64,000 bases of DNA from a bacterium. GTDB lineage: Bacteria > UBA8248. The notes beneath the pieces were generated by a model that searched no databases, was not told the origin of the DNA, and saw nothing but the letters and a program-made list of their open reading frames with translations. The stretch is from contig OZ242260.1 of NCBI GenBank assembly GCA_965207065.1, positions 3,008,001 to 3,072,000 on the forward strand. The letters are read 5' to 3'. Positions 1 to 8,836 of this stretch are shown here, one piece after another; position 1 is the first letter of the stretch, and each line of letters begins with the position of its first letter. A program made the translations under genes and the position numbers.

Positions 1-928
1 CTTGTGCAGTTAGCGTACTCCCGCCACAAACGACGCCGAAGCGGAATAGCCAGCTTCTCTCGTTTATAGCGCCAAAACGCTCACGCATGATTTTTGCCCA
101 AAGCGTCCGCATGGCTCTGTATTTGGCGATTTCTTCGAAAAAATCCATGTGGGTGTAAAAATAAAAACTGAGCCTGGGGGCGAACTCGTCGATATCAAGT
201 CCGCGGTCCAGACATCTCTCTACGTAAACGATGGCGTCCGCGAGCGTAAAACCGCCTTCCTGGACGGCAGTTGCGCCGGCATCCCTGAAATGAGCTCCTG
301 CAGCGCTGATGGTATTGAACCTCGGAGTGTTTTTCACCCCGTATTCAACAGTATCGACGATCAGCCTTAAGGATGGCTCGGGCGGGAATATCCATGTGCC
401 GCGGGAAACATATTCCTTCAGAATGTCGTTCTGGATGGTGCCGGTTAGTTGAGCGGGCGAAACGCCTTGTTTCTTGCCGACTGCGACGTACATGGCATAA
501 AGGATGGCGGCCGTTGAGTTGATGGTGAAGGACGTGCTGATCCTGTCGAGCGGAATATCTTGAAAAATGGTCTCCATATCCGCCAGTGAGTCGATGGCTA
601 CCCCGACTTTGCCGACTTCGCCGGATGATTTTTCATTGTCGCTGTCGAGTCCCAGTTGTGTCGGGAGGTCGAGGGCGACGGAAAGCCCGGTGTTCCCCTC
701 GTCTAGTAGAAAGCGGTATCGCTGATTCGTATCTTCGGCGGTTCCGAAACCCGAATACTGGCGCATCGTCCACAAGCGTTTTCTGTACATCTCGGGGTGA
801 ATGCCGCGCGTGAGAGGATATTCGCCTGGTTTGCCAGGGGAATTGCCCGGAGGCAAATCTCTCAGGCCGTACGTGTTTTCAACGGCGAGACCTGAACGAG
901 TTTTTATCTGTGGGGGTTCTTTTCCCAT
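1..928 (-). CDS. Methylmalonyl-CoA mutase family protein, substrate-binding (N-terminal) domain; runs off the window edge
   Basis: Not in the ORF track. Manual translation from ATG 928 gives MGKEPPQIKTRSGLAVENTY...PGEYPLTRGIHPEMYRKRLWTMRQYSGFG...GLSVALDLPTQLGLDSD...GEVGKVGVAIDS...GTIQNDILKEY, all acyl-CoA mutase motifs. The frame is open to position 1. Confidence 0.95.
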   Translation of the reverse strand, partial: MGKEPPQIKTRSGLAVENTYGLRDLPPGNSPGKPGEYPLTRGIHPEMYRKRLWTMRQYSGFGTAEDTNQRYRFLLDEGNTGLSVALDLPTQLGLDSDNEKSSGEVGKVGVAIDSLADMETIFQDIPLDRISTSFTINSTAAILYAMYVAVGKKQGVSPAQLTGTIQNDILKEYVSRGTWIFPPEPSLRLIVDTVEYGVKNTPRFNTISAAGAHFRDAGATAVQEGGFTLADAIVYVERCLDRGLDIDEFAPRLSFYFYTHMDFFEEIAKYRAMRTLWAKIMRERFGAINERSWLFRFGVVCGGSTLTAQ

Positions 929-935
929 CTTGCGA

Positions 936-1715
936 TTATCTCCCCTTGAAAACGGGGTTTCGCTTTTCGAAAAATGCTTTTACCGCCTCATCATGATCTT
1001 CTGACACCCAAAGATCTGCAAATAGCGACGATTCCATACCCTTCGTTTCATTCAGTGTATTTTCTAATCCGAATAAGAGCAATTCCTTCAAAGAGCGGAT
1101 AGCCGTCGGCGCGCTTTTGGTAATTTCATCCACCATCGCTTTCGCGACGCGAAGACCGTCTCCTTTGTGTACCACGGCGTTGGCAAGTCCCATCTTGAGC
1201 GCATCTTGGGGGCTCAGTTCTTTGCAGGTGGTCAACAATTCCATCGCGCGTCCATAGCCGATAGCGCGGAGAAGACGACCCCCGCCTCCCCAACCCGTCA
1301 TGAGGCCGACGCGGGCTTGCTTGAAGCTCATGTAGGCGTGTTCTTCGATTATTCGCATGTCACAGGACATGGCGATTTCGGTCCCACCGCCCAGAGCGTA
1401 TCCATTCAAAACGGCGATGACAGGCACTGGCAATTCGGACAGACGCCCCAGGATTCCCTGCATGCGTCTGCTCATCCCCAGACCCGCCTCGTGAGATTCA
1501 AATGACTGTAGCCACTTCAAGTCGCCGCCTGAGCAGAACGCCTCCTCGCCCGCACCCGTGAGGACGACGGCTCTCAGTTCTCGAGATGCTTCGAGGTTGA
1601 CCAGGGCGTCTGAGAGCCCCTGCATGATTTCTTCGTTGATGGCGTTGCGAACGTTTTTTCTGTTGAACTTCAGGATGGAAAGTCCGCCCTCGGCTTCATG
1701 AATAAAATCGGGCAT
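936..1715 (-). CDS. Crotonase (enoyl-CoA hydratase/isomerase) family protein, possibly alkylmalonyl-CoA decarboxylase-like
   Basis: RNAI, AFCSGGDL, LNGYALGGGTE, CDMRI motifs and a C-terminal AFFEKRNPVFKG. Confidence 0.92.
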   Translation of the reverse strand: MPDFIHEAEGGLSILKFNRKNVRNAINEEIMQGLSDALVNLEASRELRAVVLTGAGEEAFCSGGDLKWLQSFESHEAGLGMSRRMQGILGRLSELPVPVIAVLNGYALGGGTEIAMSCDMRIIEEHAYMSFKQARVGLMTGWGGGGRLLRAIGYGRAMELLTTCKELSPQDALKMGLANAVVHKGDGLRVAKAMVDEITKSAPTAIRSLKELLLFGLENTLNETKGMESSLFADLWVSEDHDEAVKAFFEKRNPVFKGR

Positions 1716-1771
1716 GAGACCTCCTGCTGATTTCGTCTACTAGAGCCGAGGTAAGGTGTAAAACTAAGGTC

Positions 1772-2716
1772 TTACCAGTATTTCTCGTAATGGATGTTTC
1801 CCTTTGTCTGGCCATAGTCCATCGTGAAGCCGCGATCTTCCATGATCTGAATGACGCCCGGCGCGCCTTCGGGCCATATTTTCTCGCCTTCCCGAACTTT
1901 CGGGATACCGATCATGTCTGGGTTTCCGCACAAGAACAGATGCGTGTTCGCAGGGTCCATCTTGCGGCCGATGTTTTCCTCGAACATGCCCGTGGCCAGA
2001 TAATCCTGCACATATATCTTGTTGTTGATGGTATCCGCCTCGCGCGTGGTGAGCGCGTGATATGAGAGCGTGGGATATTTCTTCTCGAGTTCTCTATAGA
2101 GGGGTTCGTATGCAAGGTCGTTATTGTATCGAACGACGTTGATGCTGGCGATTTGCCCTTTGTAGCCCGTGCGAAGAAGCTCCCAAATCATGTGGTTATG
2201 CGGACCTTCTCCCGTCCCCGTGCCTGCGAAGACGACGAGAGAATTGTCATCGTTACGAATATCGTTCATGCATTCGAGCGTGTATTCACCAGTAAATTTC
2301 TGGCCCATGTGAATACGATCGCCAGATTTCAGGAGGAAGAGCCTCGGGGTAAGAAGAGGCGCGGGCTCTCCTTCCGCACCGATGACCATGACGATGTAGA
2401 ATTCCAGAAAATCCAAATCATCCGGCGGAAACAGTTCTCCCGCTCCGTTGACTACAGGGTGGGACACGGAATAGGCGCGTCTTCCCAATCGCCTGATTCT
2501 CTTCTCGTCGAGTTCTTTTTCCTTGACAGCGTCTTCGTGGCGAGGCTCCCAATTTCCTAAGCCCAGCGTCGTATATTGCCCTGATTTATATTCGGGAAAG
2601 TCGAAATCGGGTTTTACGCGAAAACATGCGAGCATCTCATGCTGCCAGACGATATCCACGACTGTGGCGTTGTAGTGTTTTTCCCTTAACTCTAGTTTTG
2701 TTGCATCATCAAGCAT
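1772..2716 (-). CDS. Ferredoxin--NADP(+) reductase (bacterial FNR type)
   Basis: GQYTTLGL, RRAYS, GTGTGEGP, LCGNP motifs and a C-terminal HYEKYW. Confidence 0.88.
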   Translation of the reverse strand: MLDDATKLELREKHYNATVVDIVWQHEMLACFRVKPDFDFPEYKSGQYTTLGLGNWEPRHEDAVKEKELDEKRIRRLGRRAYSVSHPVVNGAGELFPPDDLDFLEFYIVMVIGAEGEPAPLLTPRLFLLKSGDRIHMGQKFTGEYTLECMNDIRNDDNSLVVFAGTGTGEGPHNHMIWELLRTGYKGQIASINVVRYNNDLAYEPLYRELEKKYPTLSYHALTTREADTINNKIYVQDYLATGMFEENIGRKMDPANTHLFLCGNPDMIGIPKVREGEKIWPEGAPGVIQIMEDRGFTMDYGQTKGNIHYEKYW

Positions 2717-2835
2717 TCATTCCCTCATCGGATGTATAAATCATTCTAAGATAGTGCATCACAGCCAAACTGCAGGCGAATACTACCCAATTCGCTTGAG
2801 AAGATATAGCCTTGAGCCACATTTTTTTCAGATAA

Positions 2836-3561
2836 TTATATCGTGATCGCCTCGAACGATACCGCAAATTTGTATCCGGCATGCTTCCCTGTTTCGATGG
2901 CCGCCTGGGTGAGAAAAGCGACAGAGTCGAACCCTTGCGCGAGATTGTCGATGTAGAGCTTATGGGCTTGTAAGGATGCGATTCCTGTATCGAGGTGCTC
3001 AGTGACATCCACGGCAATTGTGGATTCAGGAGAGCCGCTGAGCAAAATCATTCGAACGCCCGTCCAGGGTTCGAGTCCTTCGTCCAGTAGTTCGGGAAAA
3101 ATCCAGCGGTTTCCAGCATCGCGGCTCGCGTCCATCACGCCATAGGCGAGCCAGCGATGATCCGCCATGTTCAACGGGCCGCCCGGCCAGGTGAGGTGGT
3201 GGGAAAGCGTGATCACGATTTCAGGTCGGTAGGTTCTGATTTTCCGGGCGAGTTCGCGTCTTAAATCCAGATTGTACTCGATGATCCCATCCGTATAGCC
3301 CAGGAATTCGACATTTCCCACACCGACGATGGCGGCGCTTTTTATTTCTTCCTCTTCTCTCGCGGGGCCGGCTTCTTCCGGCGACATCCCGTCGATGCCC
3401 GCCTCGCCACTCGTCATGAGAATGTATGAAACTTCCTTACCTTGGGCCGTCCACCTTGCGACCGCGCTCGAGGCGCCGAATTCCATGTCATCCGGATGAG
3501 CCACGATGGCCAACGCTCGCTGCCAATTTTCATCGAGAGTAAGTAGTTTGTTCGCCGTCAT
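2836..3561 (-). CDS. PIG-L family deacetylase
   Basis: AHPDD, TSGEAG, ADHR motifs; ATGA overlap with the upstream gene. Confidence 0.92.
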   Translation of the reverse strand: MTANKLLTLDENWQRALAIVAHPDDMEFGASSAVARWTAQGKEVSYILMTSGEAGIDGMSPEEAGPAREEEEIKSAAIVGVGNVEFLGYTDGIIEYNLDLRRELARKIRTYRPEIVITLSHHLTWPGGPLNMADHRWLAYGVMDASRDAGNRWIFPELLDEGLEPWTGVRMILLSGSPESTIAVDVTEHLDTGIASLQAHKLYIDNLAQGFDSVAFLTQAAIETGKHAGYKFAVSFEAITI

Positions 3562-5783
3562 TTTTTCACCTTTTTCACAAAAATGGGGCTGCTCCAGGCG
3601 AATGCTCCGTCTTCTTGCATCAACCTGATGAAGTAGGGGTTCCAGCCGTCATGAAAATCACTTTCATCGACGTCGAATATGACGTTCGTGTGAGGGTTCC
3701 CAGGCGTTGGGCTGATGCGCTGCACTTCCACTTGTTGGCGAACGCCGCCTGCATCCACCACATAGGGAATGGCCCCGATGGTATCGAGATTCACATCAAA
3801 GGAAACGACGTCGGTTTCAAAAAAAAGCGTTGCGCCTTCTCCGCCTGAAATACGGAATTCGACGCCGTCCGCATCCCCGGTCGTTCGGCTCAACCACCGG
3901 ATGCTCTGCTCATCGGCCGACTGTATGCCTTCCTCAAGATTATCCACTTGCCAGTCTCTGGGCTCTTCGATTCTCCCTTTACCGACCCGCAAACCTCCGT
4001 GCCAGTGGGTTTGGCGGTTGCGCTGGTGTATGCGGGCGCCGCTCCAGGAGACTCGAAACCAGACAGAATTTTGGGCAGCCGTATCTTTAGGGCGATAAGA
4101 GCAGATGGTTTGTGAGGCGCGCTTTAGCTCAATCGACTCAATCCCGCATTCGCCCGTTGCGCGGACTTTGAACACGGGCGGATCGGTGGATTCGAACTCC
4201 TCTCCCATAAAATGTTCGCCAGCCGAAAAGGAGAGATGAATTTTCTTGCCCGTCGTCGCATAGACGCGCCTGGCCTGGATCGCTTCCCAAAGGCTCTCGC
4301 GCGTGAGTTCTGTTGCATAAATGCAGGCGTAACCGCCATAGACTCCGAAAATAGCCGCTCCCGGGTAGCTCGCTCCCGGTCGACCCTTGTGCCCATCGCT
4401 CCCTGCCGTGATGCCCACGCGCCAACCCTTTTCCAGGGCTTCCTCCACGAACCATTCGAATCGTCCCCAGGAAGAATATATTTCCATGACGCGCTCAAGT
4501 TCTGCTTGGTGATAGTCCAGGCTCGCCCGCCGGCCCCCGATATGGGGGACTAAGGTGACGTCCCGGCTGCCTTCCAAGGCGCCGTAGAGTGCATCTAGGG
4601 GATACCTGTCCTTTTCCTGATCTGTCCAGTCCTCCAGTTGCCAGTGGCTGGTACGGTGCAGAGGGCCATCGTCGCCTAGATACATGACGTTCCTGTCCCC
4701 GCCCATACCCGTCACGGCGGACCATTCAACGCCCAGGAACGTAACGAAGCGTCCAGGTTCGTTGTATTTCCTCGTGGTCGCTCGAATGGCGCTCCAAGTG
4801 TCTTTCGTGACTTGAAAATCATTCCCCTGATGGCAGGAAAATTGCGCTCCGGCCATGTTACGGGCAAATGCGAAGTAGTCATCGACGGTGTTCGTGCCTA
4901 CCGTTTCCTCGCTTTGGCCGTGCAGATCGCCCCAGAATGGCCGCCACTGGTGGGTTTTCTCCATGGCGTATATGTAATTGCTGTATGCAGGAGGGATGTC
5001 GCCCCCTGCGTCACCTCGTATGCGCCCCCATTCCCCGGATTCCCAGAACAGATTCTCCAGGCGGACAACTGCTGGTTCGCCACGCTTGAATTGAACGGTT
5101 CCTGGCAGCCCCTCGCAGATTCCGCCCTCGGCAGCGAGCGAAACTTGCGCATCTATGCCGCGGCATGGATTTCCCCAGATGTCCTCGAGTTTCACCTGCA
5201 TCCAGGATGTCTCATCGGGTGCCTGTTCGGTCGGCCCGTGAATGACGAGGCGGGCGGGATTTCCCGGTACGATGGAAAAAGCGGGCGTATCGGCGGCTTC
5301 GATGAATCGATTCGAGCCGAAGCAATCAACGAAAAGCCTGAGGCGGAAATTTTTTTCGCAAAAGGTTTGAGCGCGGGTTCCCGCTCCGCCCCCGCTACGG
5401 TCTCCCAGAACGATAGTTACCGTATCGCCTTCCGCCAGATAGCTATCAAATACATCGATGGCCAGGCCTTGCTGCCAGGGCCTGATGTTCGATTTCGGAT
5501 CCCATCTAACCCTGAGCGAGGCGCTCCCGCTCGTACTTACACTCGCATAGTGAGGCTCACCGGGCGCGTCGGTTTGCGGCTTGGCCCAATCACTGGCGAA
5601 ACGTCGCGAAAGGACGATAGTCCCGCCATCATCCACGCCGTATCTGCCAACGTGGTAAGTAAGCTCCCACGTGCCCCATGCGCCTGCTTCCACTTCACCG
5701 GCGGGAGCGAGTTCGCTCCATCCCACCCATTCGCGAACCCAGGATTCACTCTTTCCGTGTCTGCCGTCAGGTGTCGTATCCAT
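3558..5783 (-). CDS. DUF3604-like protein with a PHP-type metallohydrolase domain
   Basis: FWGDLHGQS, GVEWS, PHIGG, GSDGH, RRVYATTG motifs and a C-terminal AWSSPIF. Confidence 0.8.
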   Translation of the reverse strand: MDTTPDGRHGKSESWVREWVGWSELAPAGEVEAGAWGTWELTYHVGRYGVDDGGTIVLSRRFASDWAKPQTDAPGEPHYASVSTSGSASLRVRWDPKSNIRPWQQGLAIDVFDSYLAEGDTVTIVLGDRSGGGAGTRAQTFCEKNFRLRLFVDCFGSNRFIEAADTPAFSIVPGNPARLVIHGPTEQAPDETSWMQVKLEDIWGNPCRGIDAQVSLAAEGGICEGLPGTVQFKRGEPAVVRLENLFWESGEWGRIRGDAGGDIPPAYSNYIYAMEKTHQWRPFWGDLHGQSEETVGTNTVDDYFAFARNMAGAQFSCHQGNDFQVTKDTWSAIRATTRKYNEPGRFVTFLGVEWSAVTGMGGDRNVMYLGDDGPLHRTSHWQLEDWTDQEKDRYPLDALYGALEGSRDVTLVPHIGGRRASLDYHQAELERVMEIYSSWGRFEWFVEEALEKGWRVGITAGSDGHKGRPGASYPGAAIFGVYGGYACIYATELTRESLWEAIQARRVYATTGKKIHLSFSAGEHFMGEEFESTDPPVFKVRATGECGIESIELKRASQTICSYRPKDTAAQNSVWFRVSWSGARIHQRNRQTHWHGGLRVGKGRIEEPRDWQVDNLEEGIQSADEQSIRWLSRTTGDADGVEFRISGGEGATLFFETDVVSFDVNLDTIGAIPYVVDAGGVRQQVEVQRISPTPGNPHTNVIFDVDESDFHDGWNPYFIRLMQEDGAFAWSSPIFVKKVKK

Positions 5784-5789
5784 TATGAG

Positions 5790-6800
5790 TCAACTGTCTT
5801 GTTTGTCGTTGTTTGAATTTAGTTCGGCTTGTTTTTTTCTCACATCTTGCGCTTTATGTGGTTCTGTAGTTTTGGGCAAGTGGTTTTTGAGGAATACCAA
5901 CGCGAGCCGTATCGAGTCTTCTCTCTCGCGAGGAGTTCTCCTTCTGAGAACGAAATTGTGGCCGGTGCCCTCGTAAAGTTTCAATTGAGCGTTGCCTGAC
6001 CCTCTCTCGCGCAGCTTTCTCATCATCGTGAATGATTGCTGCACGGGAATGAGCCCATCCGCCACGCCATGAAACATCAAGGTGGAAGCCTGCGTGTTCT
6101 GTATCTTGTTGGCGGGGCTGTGAAGTTCCAGATATTCTTTCCAGCGCAGCAAATCCTCTGTCGCCAGAGCGAGGACCACGGAATTGATGCGCTTTTTGAT
6201 GAGAGCCTCATAATCATATGGACCATAATAGGCTACCACGGCCTTCACGACCGGAAGCGACGCGGCCGCACGGAACGCCTTGTCCGCGCCTAGCGAGAAT
6301 CCGATGAGACCGACCTTGTTTTGTATGCAATGCGCGCTTTTCGCAAAAGCGGAAACGGCTCGGTTGATGTCTTCATTCTGGCGTTCGAAATTCGATTTTC
6401 GTTGGACGAAAGGTGTTCTGAGACCCTCGAGGTCTACCTGGTGCACCGAGTAATAATTGATGACCAAGGATGAGAATCCATGGCTCGCGAGTTTTCGGGC
6501 GTAGCGGATGTATGCCCGCCACCAACCGCCTTTTCCGTGCAGCAATACGACGCAAGGATATCTCCCGGTTCTCGAGGGACGCACCAGATATCCTGTCATC
6601 GAGGCGGTTTCGATGCTCGATGGCAGTTCGACGTAGCTTCCCTTGTGGTCGTAGTTTCCAGCAGGAGCAGGCGCCAGGTTCAGCGTGCGGGGCCGGGCGC
6701 AGCTTGTCACCATCAACACGACTAAGATGAAAAGCAAGAGGGCTCTTATGCGGATGATCTTGAAGAAGCGATGAATTATGCTAAGTACAGATCGAATCAT
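5790..6800 (-). CDS. Dienelactone hydrolase-family alpha/beta hydrolase, probable lipoprotein
   Basis: Lipobox-like VTSC; LLHG, GFSLG nucleophile elbow, HGVAD, GHNF. Confidence 0.8.
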   Translation of the reverse strand: MIRSVLSIIHRFFKIIRIRALLLFILVVLMVTSCARPRTLNLAPAPAGNYDHKGSYVELPSSIETASMTGYLVRPSRTGRYPCVVLLHGKGGWWRAYIRYARKLASHGFSSLVINYYSVHQVDLEGLRTPFVQRKSNFERQNEDINRAVSAFAKSAHCIQNKVGLIGFSLGADKAFRAAASLPVVKAVVAYYGPYDYEALIKKRINSVVLALATEDLLRWKEYLELHSPANKIQNTQASTLMFHGVADGLIPVQQSFTMMRKLRERGSGNAQLKLYEGTGHNFVLRRRTPREREDSIRLALVFLKNHLPKTTEPHKAQDVRKKQAELNSNNDKQDS

Positions 6801-6922
6801 GCGAAACCCAGTTTTTGCACGGCGGCAAAAGAATCGGCAGGTTCATACCGTCTCTGAGAATAGTCCGGGAGGACGATTTCGGCAACATCTCGGCGAATTT
6901 AGTTTATGTGAAGGAGGATTGA

Positions 6923-8263
6923 ATGTCGGCGGTGATTGATTTCCTGCGATCCAGGAGAGAGCAGAGGCTGGCGGAACTCATCGAATACCTCAAGATACCC
7001 TCTATCAGCACGTTGGGCGTCGGTGTCGAGGAGGCGGCTGCGCACCTGGTGGCGTTGATGCGTAGCGCAGGCATCGAGGCGCAGATTCTGCCGACCGAGG
7101 GTATTTCTCTTGTATACGGAGAGGTGAAGGGGCCTCCGGATGCGCCCACGATGCTCATCTATGGCCACTATGACGTTCAGCCGGCCGATATTTCCGAGGG
7201 TTGGCGTTCCGAACCATTTGAACCACAGGTGCGAGATGGCCGCCTTTATGCTCGTGGTTCAGGAGACAACAAGGGACAGCATTTCGCCCAGATCAAGGCG
7301 GTTGAAGCTTACCACCAGACGAACACGAAAATGCCCATCACCCTCAAATTTTTGATTGAAGGGGAAGAAGAGATGGGTTCGCCTAATTTGAGAAAATTCA
7401 TACAAGCGAACAAGGAGTTGTTGAAAGCCGATATCGCCTGCTCATCCGATGGCTCCGTACATCCATCGGGCAGGCCGACGCTCTCTTTGGGCTGCAGAGG
7501 ATTGCTTTATATCGAACTAATCTCGCGCGGCGTCGGAAAAGACCTCCATTCCGGGGCTTATGGAGGGCCGGCGCCGAACCCGTTCTGGCGCCTCATGGAG
7601 GCTGTGCAATGCCTGCGAGATGATGAGGGAAGGGTGCGCGTGCCGGGGTTTTATGAGTCAGTGCTTCCGATAGGGGATGCGGATCAGGATGCGCTGGAAG
7701 GAATTCCTGATCCGGAGGCGGAGCTACGGGCCGTCATTGGAGAAGGCGCCTCCCGTATTCCGGATCTTTCCGCTTTTTACAGAAAAGTTCTCACCCATCC
7801 GAACCTGAACATTTGTGGATTTCAAGGAGGGTATTCCAACGATGGCATGAAAACGGTCCTGCCAGGTTCCGCGCGGGCCAAGCTGGATTTCCGCCTCGTC
7901 GTGGAGCAGGACCCGGACAAGCTGTTCGGGGATGTGTGTTCATTTTTGAGAGCAGAAGGTTTCGATGATATCGAAGTACGCAAGATGGCCACGTTCGACC
8001 CGAGCAAAACGCCTGCGGACAACCTCTATGTACAAAAGGTGATCCAAGCCGTCGGCGGTTACGGGGTTGAACCGGTCATCTATCCCAATTTCGGCGGCAG
8101 CGTTCCCGACAGCATGTTCACGAGAGACTTAGGGGTTCCGTCCGTCTGGTTCCCCCTTGCCAACGCGGATTCGAACGCTCATGCGCCTGATGAGAACATT
8201 GACGTAGAGATTTTTCATCGTGGATGCGAGATTGCGGCGACTCTCATGGGAGGATTCGCTTGA
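6923..8263 (+). CDS. M20 family metallo-dipeptidase
   Basis: YGHYDVQP, ARGSGDNKG, EGEEE, DLHSG, HAPDE motifs; strong SD (AAGGAGG). Confidence 0.93.
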   Translation: MSAVIDFLRSRREQRLAELIEYLKIPSISTLGVGVEEAAAHLVALMRSAGIEAQILPTEGISLVYGEVKGPPDAPTMLIYGHYDVQPADISEGWRSEPFEPQVRDGRLYARGSGDNKGQHFAQIKAVEAYHQTNTKMPITLKFLIEGEEEMGSPNLRKFIQANKELLKADIACSSDGSVHPSGRPTLSLGCRGLLYIELISRGVGKDLHSGAYGGPAPNPFWRLMEAVQCLRDDEGRVRVPGFYESVLPIGDADQDALEGIPDPEAELRAVIGEGASRIPDLSAFYRKVLTHPNLNICGFQGGYSNDGMKTVLPGSARAKLDFRLVVEQDPDKLFGDVCSFLRAEGFDDIEVRKMATFDPSKTPADNLYVQKVIQAVGGYGVEPVIYPNFGGSVPDSMFTRDLGVPSVWFPLANADSNAHAPDENIDVEIFHRGCEIAATLMGGFA

Positions 8264-8763
8264 AGCACCCGCTCTGGACGATAGGCCACAGCAACCACTG
8301 CGCGGAGAAATTCCTTGACTTGCTAGCTCGTCATGAGATCGCATGCGTTGTGGATGTTCGCAGCATCCCCTACAGCAGGAGAAATCCACAGTTCAGTAGA
8401 GAGAAGATGAGACAAAGCCTCTCATCGCGAAATATCGCATACGTCTGGGAAGGAGAGGCGCTGGGCGGGAAACGCAACTTTAGTGAAAACCCAGAATTCT
8501 TTGACTCTGATGGGCGCATCGACTGGAAGAAAGTGAGGCGTGATGAGAGTTTCATCCTTGCGATGGAGCGCTTGAGAAAGCAAGTGGGAAAAGAACCCAC
8601 GGCGGTTCTTTGTGCGGAGGAGAACCCGAGAAACTGTCATCGCCTGCATCTGGTATCGGCGGCCTGGACGGAGAGTTGTGACGAAAACATTTCGCACATT
8701 CGCGGGCACGGGCGTGTGGAGACACACGCGCAAATGGTTCCGCAGCCCGAATTGTTTTGTTGA
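8260..8763 (+). CDS. DUF488 family protein
   Basis: WTIGHSN, VDVRSIPYSR, LCAE..P..CHR motifs; TTG start overlaps the upstream stop (start inferred). Confidence 0.88.
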   Translation: MKHPLWTIGHSNHCAEKFLDLLARHEIACVVDVRSIPYSRRNPQFSREKMRQSLSSRNIAYVWEGEALGGKRNFSENPEFFDSDGRIDWKKVRRDESFILAMERLRKQVGKEPTAVLCAEENPRNCHRLHLVSAAWTESCDENISHIRGHGRVETHAQMVPQPELFC

Positions 8764-8836
8764 TAATTCTCCCATACCCTGTCGATAGGCGTCTTTTCGC
8801 GGCCAGTGAGCTTTCATCCGTTCATATGAGGAATTC

